DNA of 64,000 nucleotides from Candidatus Stammera capleta (GTDB lineage: Bacteria; Pseudomonadota; Gammaproteobacteria; Enterobacterales; Enterobacteriaceae). The notes beneath the pieces were generated by a model. That model was not told where the DNA came from. It searched no databases and saw only the letters and a program-made list of their open reading frames with translations. The position numbers were made by a program, and so were the translations under genes. The stretch's first letter is position 1. Each line of letters begins with the position of its first letter. Location: positions 216,051 to 280,050 of the forward strand of contig CP144774.1 of NCBI GenBank assembly GCA_036689255.1, read 5' to 3'. Positions 44,971 through 54,010 of the stretch are shown piece by piece.

Positions 44971-45648
44971 TTAATTACCAATATTTAAACTTGATAAATT
45001 GATTTTATAAGATTTTCCCATTGTTGAAGATAAAGTTATTTTGTTAATTAAAGATTTATTAAATTTATTAGGTTTATTAAAATTAATTGATGAAATTAAA
45101 AACTTTAAATTATCAATTAACTGAATATTAGTAAAATTGACTTTACCTATAATAACATGTACAATACCAAATTTATCATTTCTATATATAATTTTACCAT
45201 TAACAAAATCTGTAATAGACTTTTCTAAATCATTAGTTAATGTTCCTAATTTCAAATTAGGCATTAAATTTTTAGGTCCCAAAATAAAACCTAATTTAGA
45301 AACTATATTTATAGATTCAGGAACTGATAAAACAACATCATAATTTATAGATCTATTTTTAACTTTATCAAATAAATCATTAGTGCCCACAATATATGCA
45401 CCAGATTTATACGCTATATTATGTAAAATATCAGGTGCAAAAACAATAATTTTTCTATTTTTTTTAACAACAATATTAGGATACATCAAACCACTAGATA
45501 TATTTTGATCAGAATCTTTTGTGTTAATAGATAAATTAATAGCTGCATCTATAGACTCAATAAATTTACATTTAGATGTTTTTTTTATAAAATCAAAAAC
45601 ATCATTAACATCAAATTCTTTTAAATCAATTTTTTTATTATCATTCAT
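44971..45648 (-). CDS. rplA: 50S ribosomal protein L1
   Basis: 225 aa. Blocks: KF.ES.D.A.NL.I....SDQN., YDVV...P......V..LG..LGP..LMPN.K.GT.T, YRNDK.GI.H..IGKV.F, STMG. Confidence 0.92.
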   Translation of the reverse strand: MNDNKKIDLKEFDVNDVFDFIKKTSKCKFIESIDAAINLSINTKDSDQNISSGLMYPNIVVKKNRKIIVFAPDILHNIAYKSGAYIVGTNDLFDKVKNRSINYDVVLSVPESINIVSKLGFILGPKNLMPNLKLGTLTNDLEKSITDFVNGKIIYRNDKFGIVHVIIGKVNFTNIQLIDNLKFLISSINFNKPNKFNKSLINKITLSSTMGKSYKINLSSLNIGN

Positions 45649-45671
45649 AATATTTTAACAAATCAAATTAA

Positions 45672-46103
45672 TTATTTTTTCACTAAAACTCCCATTGATA
45701 ATGCTGTACCAATAATACTTTTACAAATTGATTTAATACAACAACTATTCATATCAGGAAATTTTATTTTTGATATTTTTAAAACATCATTTTTTTCAAT
45801 ATAACCAATAATATCATGTTTTGGTTTTTTGGATCCTAAATCAATAGATATAAATTTTTTTATTAATACTGATACTGGAGGAGTTTTAATAATAAAAGTA
45901 AAACTACGATCTAAGTAAACAGTAATTACAGTTGTGATAATTATACCTTTATCTAAATTCTTTGTTTTTTCATTAAATAATTGACAAAACTTCATTATAT
46001 TTAAACCTTTTTGACCCAAAGCAGGACCAACAGGAGGACTAGGATTAGCTAACCCTGCTGGAATTTGAATTTTTATGAAAGATAAAATTTTTTTTGTAGA
46101 CAT
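45672..46103 (-). CDS. rplK: 50S ribosomal protein L11
   Basis: 143 aa. IKIQIPAG.ANPSPPVGPALGQKG.NIM.FC..FN and F..KTPP.S.L.K match E. coli L11. Confidence 0.95.
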   Translation of the reverse strand: MSTKKILSFIKIQIPAGLANPSPPVGPALGQKGLNIMKFCQLFNEKTKNLDKGIIITTVITVYLDRSFTFIIKTPPVSVLIKKFISIDLGSKKPKHDIIGYIEKNDVLKISKIKFPDMNSCCIKSICKSIIGTALSMGVLVKK

Positions 46104-46143
46104 AATTTATATTAATATTTAAAAAAAATAATTTTTCCAAAAA

Positions 46144-46695
46144 TCAACCCTTTTCAACTTGAGAAAAATCCAACTCAACAGGAGTTGATCTACCAAAAAT
46201 TAAAACAGAAACCTTTAAACGGTTTTTATCATAATCAACTTCCTCAACAGTTCCATTAAAATCAGAAAATGGACCACTATTAATACGAATCAATTCGCCT
46301 AACTCATACAATACTTTTGGTCTAGGCTTTCCATCTATTTGATGTAACTTGTTTTTTATAATATCAACTTCACAATCACTTATAGGTACAGGATTTCCTA
46401 AACTACCACCAACAAATCCCATAATACGAGGAATACTTCTAACCAAGTACCAATTTTCCTCACTCATTACCATGTTAATTAAGAAATAACCTGGAAAAAA
46501 TTTTCTTTTACTTTTTTTTCTAACACCAGATTTTTTTATTTCTATAACTTCCTCAGCAGGAATTAAAATATCACCAAAATCATTATGCAAATTATGTAAT
46601 TTAACATAATCTCTTAAAGATTTTACTGCTTTATTTTCAAAACTAGAAAAAACTTGGATTACATACCAACGTTTTTTTTTTTCTAGATTAAACAT
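46144..46695 (-). CDS. nusG: Transcription termination/antitermination factor NusG
   Basis: 183 aa versus 181 in E. coli. Blocks: KKRWYV.Q.FS.FE, KFFPGY.L..MVM....[48 protein letters not shown]. Confidence 0.96.
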   Translation of the reverse strand: MFNLEKKKRWYVIQVFSSFENKAVKSLRDYVKLHNLHNDFGDILIPAEEVIEIKKSGVRKKSKRKFFPGYFLINMVMSEENWYLVRSIPRIMGFVGGSLGNPVPISDCEVDIIKNKLHQIDGKPRPKVLYELGELIRINSGPFSDFNGTVEEVDYDKNRLKVSVLIFGRSTPVELDFSQVEKG

Positions 46696-47055
46696 TTATA
46701 ACCTCAAACCAATAATAATAGAAATTATATAAAAAATAAATTTATCAAAAACCCAAACAATCATGGAAAAAATAAAACTAAAAATAAAAACAACAAAAGT
46801 TATTTCCACTGATTCTCTAATAGAAGGCCAATATACTTTTGAAATTTCAAACTTAGATTCATTAAAAAACAAAACTATTTTGTTGCCAAAATTAATTGAT
46901 TTTAAAAAATAAAAAATTAAAAAAAACACAATAAAACTAAAAAAAAACCTTATTAAAAATAAAAAATAATTATAAACAAAAAAAGAAAAAAACAAAAACA
47001 ACAAAATAAAATATTTACCAATATTTTTCGGGTTTATCAAATAATTTATCATCAT
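46696..47055 (-). CDS. secE: Preprotein translocase subunit SecE
   Basis: The C-terminal block E..KV.WP...E........V.......I.W..D........I.GLR. matches E. coli SecE, and the protein has three TM-like segments. The longest ORF begins at a TTG at 47133. I list the first ATG (47055, 119 aa). The start is uncertain. Confidence 0.85.
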   Translation of the reverse strand: MMINYLINPKNIGKYFILLFLFFSFFVYNYFLFLIRFFFSFIVFFLIFYFLKSINFGNKIVLFFNESKFEISKVYWPSIRESVEITFVVFIFSFIFSMIVWVFDKFIFYIISIIIGLRL

Positions 47056-47333
47056 TAATTTCACACAATTAAATTTAATTAAATATTCATTTAAAAAATA
47101 AAAATCATTTGATATTAAATTTTTAATAAACAAATTTAAAATTAATCAATATAAAAAATTTTTATTAAAATAAAAGTTTTTGAAAATATAAATTAAATTA
47201 AATTATATCTAATAGTATAACAAATTAATTACACATTAACAAAATATTTATTTTGAAAATAAATAAAAATTCAAAAAACATTAAATTTTTTAAACATTTA
47301 CAAAAATAATTTAACTATAAAATAAATAAAAAC

Positions 47334-48395
47334 TTAATTACTAATTATTAATTTATAATAATTATTAATATTGAAAAAATTTATAATCTTTACTTCTAAT
47401 TTTAAAAAAATATCAAATTTAAACAACACTTTATTCACAATATATAAATATAATAATTTTATATCATTAAAAACAGCATCACCATTATTCACAATAACAA
47501 GAGAATTCTTTTTATAAATACTTGCATTACCTATACAAAAACCATTTAAATTACAAATATCTATTAATAATGAAGCAGATATTTTTATTTTATTTACATT
47601 TAATATATGAAAATTTGATTTTTTTAAAAAAAAAGAATATTTTTTTGATAAAAAATGAAATTTTTTCAAATTAATAAATGGATTTTCAAAGAAACTACCG
47701 ACATTACCTAATTCATTAAAATCAGGCAATCTCTTTTTTCTAAGAATTTCAATTCTATTATATATATCTTCAATTTTTACATTTTTATTATCATCAACAA
47801 AATATTTAAATAAATTTTTATAAATAAAACATGGACTCCATAATTTATTTAATTTTAAACAAATTTGTATAATTATAAATCTATTATAAATATTTTTCTT
47901 AAAAATACTATTTCTATAATAAAAATTACATTTTTTATTATTTAAATAAAAAAATTTATTTTTAAATAAATCAAAAATTTTTACATAATATAAAAAATTT
48001 TTTATTTCTAATCCATATGAACCAATATTATTTACCACTGCCCCACCAACAGTTCCAGGAATAAAAGATAAATTTTCTAACCCCCAAAAACCATTTTTAA
48101 TAGAATAATAAACTAAATCTGACCAATTTTCACCAGAATTAATTTTTAAAAACCAAAAATCATTATCTTGATAAAATTTTATACCTTTAATTCTATTGAT
48201 AATAACAATCCCGTGAAAATCATTTGCCAATAAAATATTACTTCCTCTTCCTAAAAATAAAATAGGTTTCCTTCTTAAATAAAATTGAGATATTTTTTTT
48301 AAATCATAAACATGATCTATTATAAATATTTTATCAGAATATACACTTAAACCAAAAGTATTAAATTTTTTTAAAGAATTATCAATACAATACAT
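47334..48395 (-). CDS. murB: UDP-N-acetylenolpyruvoylglucosamine reductase
   Basis: SLK.FNTFG, LGRGSN.L., G.VI.NRIKGI, GLENL..IPG.VGGA...NIG.YG.E, C.F.YR.SIFK and GN.GSFF.NP are collinear with E. coli MurB. The ORF track starts at a GTG at 48413. The ATG at 48395 fits the E. coli N-terminus better. Confidence 0.88.
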   Translation of the reverse strand: MYCIDNSLKKFNTFGLSVYSDKIFIIDHVYDLKKISQFYLRRKPILFLGRGSNILLANDFHGIVIINRIKGIKFYQDNDFWFLKINSGENWSDLVYYSIKNGFWGLENLSFIPGTVGGAVVNNIGSYGLEIKNFLYYVKIFDLFKNKFFYLNNKKCNFYYRNSIFKKNIYNRFIIIQICLKLNKLWSPCFIYKNLFKYFVDDNKNVKIEDIYNRIEILRKKRLPDFNELGNVGSFFENPFINLKKFHFLSKKYSFFLKKSNFHILNVNKIKISASLLIDICNLNGFCIGNASIYKKNSLVIVNNGDAVFNDIKLLYLYIVNKVLFKFDIFLKLEVKIINFFNINNYYKLIISN

Positions 48396-48436
48396 GACTA
48401 ATAATAAGAACACAAAAAAAATAAAACTAAAAATAA

Positions 48437-48895
48437 TTAATTATCATTTTTAAATAAAACTAAAAAAAAATATTCTATTTTTTTCATTTTTTTAGCTTCT
48501 AATAAGCTATCATGTTTAAACCCTAAAACATGTAAAATACCATGTATTAAAATATGAAAAAAATGAAAAAAATAACTATATTTATTTATATAAGATTCTT
48601 CTAAAATTACTAAAGGACTTAAAATTATATCACCTAACGGAAAAAAAACATCTACAAAATTAAATTTACAAGAAAAATAACAAAAAGATAAAACATTAGT
48701 TGAATTATTTTTATTTCTATATTTAAAATTTAAATAAATCATTTTTTTTTTATTTACTAAAATTATATTTATAACTCTCGTTATACCATAAAATACATAA
48801 ATTCTCCATAAACAATGATAATAATATAAATTATTAGGCAAAAAAACACAATCATCGCATAAACATTGTATATTAATTAAACATTTATTTAACAT
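48437..48895 (-). CDS. ybeY: Endoribonuclease YbeY (16S rRNA 3' maturation)
   Basis: It has the metal-binding motif H.ILHGILHVLGFKHD (HxxxHxxxxxH) and TNVLSF. The ATG at 48895 gives 152 aa, with MLNKCLINIQCLCDD matching E. coli MSQVILDLQLACED. The longer ORF (to 48946) would overlap ybeZ. Confidence 0.88.
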   Translation of the reverse strand: MLNKCLINIQCLCDDCVFLPNNLYYYHCLWRIYVFYGITRVINIILVNKKKMIYLNFKYRNKNNSTNVLSFCYFSCKFNFVDVFFPLGDIILSPLVILEESYINKYSYFFHFFHILIHGILHVLGFKHDSLLEAKKMKKIEYFFLVLFKNDN

Positions 48896-48911
48896 TTTTA
48901 AATTAAATAAT

Positions 48912-49589
48912 TTATTTATTATGATAAGCTTTAATAATACTAGCAACTATAGTGGATCTCATAACATCTTTTATACCAAAATAAATAAACCCTACAGAAG
49001 ATAAATTATTCAAAATATTTATTGCATGTTTTAAACCTGATAATGATTTATCAGGTAAATCTATTTGAGAAATATCACCATTTATTACTGCTTTAGAATT
49101 AAAACCTAAACGTGTTAAAAACATTTTCATTTGTTGAATAGTTGTATTTTGAGCTTCATCTAAAATAACAAAAGAATCATTAAAAGTTCTACCTCTCATA
49201 TATGCTAATGGAACAACCTCAATAATATTGTGAGAAATATATTTTTCATTAAAATCAGGACCTAATATTTCAAATAATACATCATATATAGGACATAAAT
49301 ACGGATCTGTCTTTTGATTAAAATTTCCCGGTAAAAAACCCAATTTCTCACCTGCCTCAACTATTGGTCTAGCTAAAATAATTCTATATACTTTCCTTCT
49401 TTTTAAATAATCTATAGCAGCAGCAGTAGATAAATATGTTTTCCCTGTTCCAGAAACACCTATACCAAATGTAACAACTTTATTAAAAATACTATTCAAA
49501 TATAATTCTTGCATTTTAGTTTTTGGTTTTATTAAACTATATTTAGTTTTTAAAAAAAAAGAACCTTGTTTTTTTCTATCTCTATTCAT
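48912..49589 (-). CDS. ybeZ: PhoH-like ATPase (YbeZ), core domain only
   Basis: It has Walker A GVSGTGKTYL, the RPIVEAGEKLGFLPG block, LAYMRGRT, Walker B VILDEAQN and NGD.SQIDLP. The ATG at 49589 gives 225 aa and avoids overlap with miaB. E. coli YbeZ is about 346 aa. Confidence 0.88.
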   Translation of the reverse strand: MNRDRKKQGSFFLKTKYSLIKPKTKMQELYLNSIFNKVVTFGIGVSGTGKTYLSTAAAIDYLKRRKVYRIILARPIVEAGEKLGFLPGNFNQKTDPYLCPIYDVLFEILGPDFNEKYISHNIIEVVPLAYMRGRTFNDSFVILDEAQNTTIQQMKMFLTRLGFNSKAVINGDISQIDLPDKSLSGLKHAINILNNLSSVGFIYFGIKDVMRSTIVASIIKAYHNK

Positions 49590-49620
49590 ATATATGATTA
49601 AACAAATAAAAAAAAATAAA

Positions 49621-50949
49621 TTAAAATAATATTTTTCCATATAAACAATTATTATTAATTTCAACTATCTTAACTTCAACTAATTTACCAAATAATTTCT
49701 CATTACCAGACAAGTAAACTATCTTATTATTATTTGTTCTTCCATAAATTAAATTGTTTTTTTTTCTAGAAAAACCTTCAATAATAATTTCTTGAACAGT
49801 ATTTAACATTTTATTATTGTAAAAAATTGAATTTTCTTTTATTCGTTCTTTAATTTCTAAGAAACGTTTTTTTTTATCAAAATAACTAACATTATCAACC
49901 ATAGAAAAAGATTTTGTTCCAATTCTAGGGGAATAAATAAAAATATAACTACTACTAAATTTTATATCACAAATTAAATTTAATGTCAAAGAAAAATCAT
50001 CATCATTTTCACTTGGAAATCCTACAATAAAATCAGTTCCAAATAACATATTTGATCTGACAGATAAAATTTCATATATTATTTTTTTATATTGCTCTAC
50101 AGTATAATTACGATTCATTAATTTTAAAATTCTATCAGAACCACTTTGCACAGGTAAATGTAAATAATTAATAATTTTAGGAATATATTTATAAACATCT
50201 ATTATTTTTTTATTAAAATTATTTGGATGACTAGTGGTAAAACTAATTCTATCTATATTATTTATCTCTGCTATTAAATATAATAAATTAGAAAAATCAC
50301 ATCTTTTTCCATTATTAAAATAACTCAAATAAGAATTAACATTTTGGCCTAATAAATTAACTTCTTTAATACCATTTAAAGATAAATTATATATTTCTGA
50401 AATTATTTTCTCAGGTGTTCTAAAAAATTCTTTTCCTCTTGTAAAAGGAACAACACAATAAGAACAAAATTTATTACATCCTTCCATAATAGAAACATAA
50501 GAATTAGATTTTTTATAAACACTAAATTTACAATCATTAATATTTTTATCTATATTCGAAAAACTTACGTTAATTATTTTTTTTCGTTTTTTTTTATTAA
50601 AATTTTTTATTAAATAATAAATTTTATCTATATTACTTGGACCAAATACAATATCTACAATATTACTACGTTTAAATATATTTTCTTTCTCATAAAGAGA
50701 AACACATCCTCCAACACAAACAATCAATTCATTATTTTTTTTCTTAATAAACTTTATTTTATTTAATTCATGAAACAACTTTTCTTTAGATTTTTCTCTA
50801 ACAGAACATGTATTATATATAATAACATCAGCCTCATTAATTGAAGAAATAACATATTCATTATTTATATTCAAATGATTAATAATTTTATTAGAATCAT
50901 ATTCATTCATTTGACATCCCCATGTTTTTATATATAATTTTTTTTTCAT
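49621..50949 (-). CDS. miaB: tRNA-i6A37 methylthiotransferase MiaB
   Basis: 442 aa. It has the N-terminal cluster IKTWGCQMNEYDS, the radical-SAM motif EGCNKFCSYCVVP..RG.E..R, H.HLP.QSGSDRIL..M.R and a TRAM-like C-terminus. Confidence 0.93.
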   Translation of the reverse strand: MKKKLYIKTWGCQMNEYDSNKIINHLNINNEYVISSINEADVIIYNTCSVREKSKEKLFHELNKIKFIKKKNNELIVCVGGCVSLYEKENIFKRSNIVDIVFGPSNIDKIYYLIKNFNKKKRKKIINVSFSNIDKNINDCKFSVYKKSNSYVSIMEGCNKFCSYCVVPFTRGKEFFRTPEKIISEIYNLSLNGIKEVNLLGQNVNSYLSYFNNGKRCDFSNLLYLIAEINNIDRISFTTSHPNNFNKKIIDVYKYIPKIINYLHLPVQSGSDRILKLMNRNYTVEQYKKIIYEILSVRSNMLFGTDFIVGFPSENDDDFSLTLNLICDIKFSSSYIFIYSPRIGTKSFSMVDNVSYFDKKKRFLEIKERIKENSIFYNNKMLNTVQEIIIEGFSRKKNNLIYGRTNNNKIVYLSGNEKLFGKLVEVKIVEINNNCLYGKILF

Positions 50950-50996
50950 AAAAACATATACCTTAAATTTATGACTTAATTTATAAATAAATATAA

Positions 50997-51070
50997 TAGC
51001 TACGATAGGAATTGAACCTATATTTACAGTATTATGAATACTGTGCTTTAACCAATTAAGCTACGTAGCT
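50997..51070 (-). tRNA. tRNA-Met, elongator type (anticodon CAU), no encoded CCA
   Basis: 74 nt: AGCTACGTAGCTTAATTGGTTAAAGCACAGTATTCATAATACTG..ATAGGTTCAATTCCTATCGTAGCTA. It closely parallels E. coli metT/metU (GGCTACGTAGCTCAGTTGGTTAGAGCAC..). The acceptor stem is perfect. An Ile2 (lysidine) identity cannot be fully excluded from the anticodon alone. Confidence 0.85.
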
Positions 51071-51085
51071 ATACTTAAAAAAATA

Positions 51086-51157
51086 CAGAGGTACCAGGAT
51101 TCGAACCTGGGAATGTCGAGATCAAAACCCGATGCCTTACCACTTGGCTATACCCCA
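51086..51157 (-). tRNA. tRNA-Gln (anticodon UUG), no encoded CCA, with G3.U70 and U1.U72
   Basis: 72 nt: TGGGGTATAGCCAAGTGGTAAGGCATCGGGTTTTGATCTCGACATTCCCAGGTTCGAATCCTGGTACCTCTG. It is collinear with E. coli tRNA-Gln(UUG). Anticodon arm TCGGG-TTTTGAT-CTCGA. Confidence 0.9.
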
Positions 51158-51183
51158 ATAATATAATAAAATATATCTACATA

Positions 51184-51269
51184 TACGGAAGACGAGATTT
51201 GAACTCGTATACTAATTTAAAAGTACTAGAACCTAAATCTAGTGCGTCTACCAATTTCGCCACTTCCGT
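51184..51269 (-). tRNA. tRNA-Leu (anticodon UAG), no encoded CCA
   Basis: 86 nt: ACGGAAGTGGCGAAATTGGTAGACGCACTAGATTTAGGTTCTAG..long variable arm..ACGAGTTCAAATCTCGTCTTCCGTA. It parallels E. coli leuW. The acceptor stem is a perfect ACGGAAG/CTTCCGT. Confidence 0.9.
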
Positions 51270-51357
51270 AAATATTTAATTATTAAATTATGCTTCCAAA
51301 AACAAAAAGAGTCAACAACAATTATTGTTAAAAAAAATAATTTATATCAAATAATAC

Positions 51358-52221
51358 ATGAAAAAAATAAACTCAATAAAATATTTAATTAAATATTGTA
51401 CTTATTTATTTAAAAAAAATAATTTATATTATGGTCATGGAACATATAATGCTTACATGGAATCAATATATTTAATATCAACTATTTTAAATATAAATAA
51501 TATTAATAATATTAAAAATATAAACAATATAAATATCAATTTAATTAAAAAAATAATTTATTTAGCTAAACTAAGAATTAAAAAAAAAATACCTATACCT
51601 TATTTAACAAAACAAGCATTTTTCTGTAATAAAACATTTTATGTAAACAAAAATGTAATAATACCTAGATCACCAATATCAGAAATTATAAATAAAAAAT
51701 TTAAAATATTAAATTTAAAAAATCAACCCAAATATATATTAGATATGTGCACAGGAAGTGGTTGTATTGCAATATGTACTTCATATGTTTTTCCAAAAGC
51801 TAAAATAGATGCCTCAGACATATCTGAAAAAGCACTAAATATTGCAAAAAAAAATATTCTTTTACATAAAAAACAAAAAAATATAAAAACAATAAAATCT
51901 AATTTATTCAAAAACATTTCAAAAAAAAAATATGACCTTATAATAACTAATCCTCCATATATAAACAAAAAAGATATTCAATTTTTACCTAAAGAATATC
52001 TTCATGAACCTAAATTAGGTCTAGTTAGTAAAAATAATGGAATTTTTCTAATTCAAGAAATAATTAAAAAATCTTTTAATTATTTAAATAATAACGGATA
52101 TTTAATATGCGAAGTTGGTCATCAAAAAAAAAAAATAAATCAAATTTTTTATCAACTAAATATAAACTGGATAAATTTAAAAAATGGAGGAAATGGAATT
52201 TTTTACTTAAAAAAAAAATAA
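51358..52221 (+). CDS. prmB: Ribosomal protein L3 N5-glutamine methyltransferase
   Basis: 287 aa, collinear with E. coli PrmB/YfcB (YGHGT, IP.PYLT.QA.FC...FYV....IIPRSPI.E.IN.KF, ILDMCTGSGCIAI, D.SDIS..AL..A..NI, YDLI.TNPPY, EY.HEP.LGL, G.LICEVG, NGG.G.F.L.K). Confidence 0.9.
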   Translation: MKKINSIKYLIKYCTYLFKKNNLYYGHGTYNAYMESIYLISTILNINNINNIKNINNININLIKKIIYLAKLRIKKKIPIPYLTKQAFFCNKTFYVNKNVIIPRSPISEIINKKFKILNLKNQPKYILDMCTGSGCIAICTSYVFPKAKIDASDISEKALNIAKKNILLHKKQKNIKTIKSNLFKNISKKKYDLIITNPPYINKKDIQFLPKEYLHEPKLGLVSKNNGIFLIQEIIKKSFNYLNNNGYLICEVGHQKKKINQIFYQLNINWINLKNGGNGIFYLKKK

Positions 52222-52229
52222 CAATTACA

Positions 52230-53015
52230 TTATTTCAATTTAAATAATTTTACAAAATTATCCTCTATTATTTTACAAATATTATCCATACTAATACCTT
52301 TAATTTCTGATATTTTATTTAAAACATAAACAATATTAGATGGATTATTAATTTTATTTTTATAACAACTAGGACTTAAATAAGGAGCATCAGATTCAAT
52401 AAATAATCTATCTAAAGGTAAATATTCTATTATTTCTTTCAAAAAAAAATATTTACTAAAAGTAATCAAACCAGAAATAGATATATATAACCCTAAATCT
52501 AATAATTTTAATAAATTATTTCTATCTGGATAACTATAACAATGCATAACTCCACCAAATTTAATTACATCAAATTTACTAACAATCTCACATGTATCTT
52601 TAAAAGAAAATCTAGAATGAATAATAATTGGTTTATTAAACTTTTCAGATAAATATAAATGATTTTCAAAATTCTTTTTTTGTACATTTCTAAAACAAAT
52701 ATCTTTTATAACATAATCTAATCCAGTTTCTCCTAAAGCAACTACTTTTTTATTTAAAATAAATTTCTTATATTTAAATAAATTATATCCATTTAAACAC
52801 CTGTAATATAAAGGATGTATACCATATGTTAGAAAAATATTATCTATATTATCAATTAATTTCAAAATATTAAAAAAATTATCTATTGTAATAGATACAG
52901 AAATAACATATTTAATGTTTTTGTTTTTACAAAAATTAACAAACTCAAAAATATTCCTATATATTTTCTTATAGATTAATAAATCTAAATGACAATGAGA
53001 ATCTATTAAAATCAT
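52230..53015 (-). CDS. ycfH: TatD-family metal-dependent hydrolase (YcfH)
   Basis: 261 aa. It has LIDSHCHLD, GIHP, ALGETGLDY, KP.IIHSR, GV.HC.S, G.YIS.SG..TF and ESD.PYL.P. It follows holB with an ATGA overlap, as in the E. coli holB-ycfH order. Confidence 0.9.
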   Translation of the reverse strand: MILIDSHCHLDLLIYKKIYRNIFEFVNFCKNKNIKYVISVSITIDNFFNILKLIDNIDNIFLTYGIHPLYYRCLNGYNLFKYKKFILNKKVVALGETGLDYVIKDICFRNVQKKNFENHLYLSEKFNKPIIIHSRFSFKDTCEIVSKFDVIKFGGVMHCYSYPDRNNLLKLLDLGLYISISGLITFSKYFFLKEIIEYLPLDRLFIESDAPYLSPSCYKNKINNPSNIVYVLNKISEIKGISMDNICKIIEDNFVKLFKLK

Positions 53016-54010
53016 AAATTATTCACTTTGATATATAAAAAAGATGATAAATCATAAATAAATATTTTTTTATTCATAAACATAATACTATTTAACTCAT
53101 TTAAACAAAAAAACAATTTTTTAATTAAAATTAAAACATTTTTAAATAAAATTTTATTAGATAAAAATTTTACTAAATTAATATTATCTAAATTTACAAT
53201 ACATAATTTATTATTTAATTTATATTTAATAATATCAGAAAATATAAATAATAACCAATATACATTATGTTTCAAACATTCTTCATCAAATAAATCAACT
53301 ACCTCTAAAAAATTCATACTAAAAACATAAAATAATTTTCTTAAAAAAAATAACCTGTATTTCCACATTTTTTTTAACAAAAATATTGCAAATAAAGGAG
53401 AATTATTGCTTAAACGAATAGATGTAATAATATCTGCTTTGGTATATTTAAATAAATATTTATTAATCCAAACAACTGCATTTTTTTCTTTAGGAGGAAT
53501 TAGCTTATAATACTGACACCTACTAATAATTGTATCTGGAATATTAAATAAACTATAACAAGAAAATATAAAAATTATTTTATAAGGAAATTCTTCAATA
53601 ATTTTTAACAAAGAATTAAAACATAAATTACTCAACAAATTAATATTAGAAATATAAACAACTTTATATAAATTAACATAAAATAAATTATTTAATAAAT
53701 CAAAATTCATTTTTTTTATATCATCAATACTAGGAATTAACTTCTTTTTACATTTCAAATAATAAAAATTAGGATTTTCATTATTATCAAATAATTTACA
53801 ATTTAAACAATTATTACAATATGTATTTAATTTAGAATCAATACATAATAACCATTTTACCAAAGAAAAAATTAATATATTTACACCAGATTTATAAAAA
53901 GAATTTATTATTAAATTATAATTTTTATTCTTTATTTTTAATGAAAAAACAAGTTTACGATACAAATCAACTAACCAAGGATAATTTTTTAAAGATAATT
54001 TATTTAACAT
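53012..54010 (-). CDS. holB: DNA polymerase III delta' subunit
   Basis: 332 aa versus 334 in E. coli. It has YPWL, a Cys-rich zinc module (LLC......C..C..C) and N.LLK..EE.P......F......IP.TI.SRCQ. The sequence is diverged but collinear. It ends in TGA at 53012-53014. Confidence 0.82.
   Translation of the reverse strand: MLNKLSLKNYPWLVDLYRKLVFSLKIKNKNYNLIINSFYKSGVNILIFSLVKWLLCIDSKLNTYCNNCLNCKLFDNNENPNFYYLKCKKKLIPSIDDIKKMNFDLLNNLFYVNLYKVVYISNINLLSNLCFNSLLKIIEEFPYKIIFIFSCYSLFNIPDTIISRCQYYKLIPPKEKNAVVWINKYLFKYTKADIITSIRLSNNSPLFAIFLLKKMWKYRLFFLRKLFYVFSMNFLEVVDLFDEECLKHNVYWLLFIFSDIIKYKLNNKLCIVNLDNINLVKFLSNKILFKNVLILIKKLFFCLNELNSIMFMNKKIFIYDLSSFLYIKVNNL

Noticed and set aside
53012-53015. Possibility of a reassigned genetic code (UGA=Trp), as in some tiny symbiont genomes
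   Set aside because: holB ends at a TGA at the expected length, overlapping the ycfH ATG (ATGA). Conserved Trp positions (for example in thrS, rpoB/C and ybhL) are TGG, and no conserved gene is interrupted by in-frame TGA. The code is standard.
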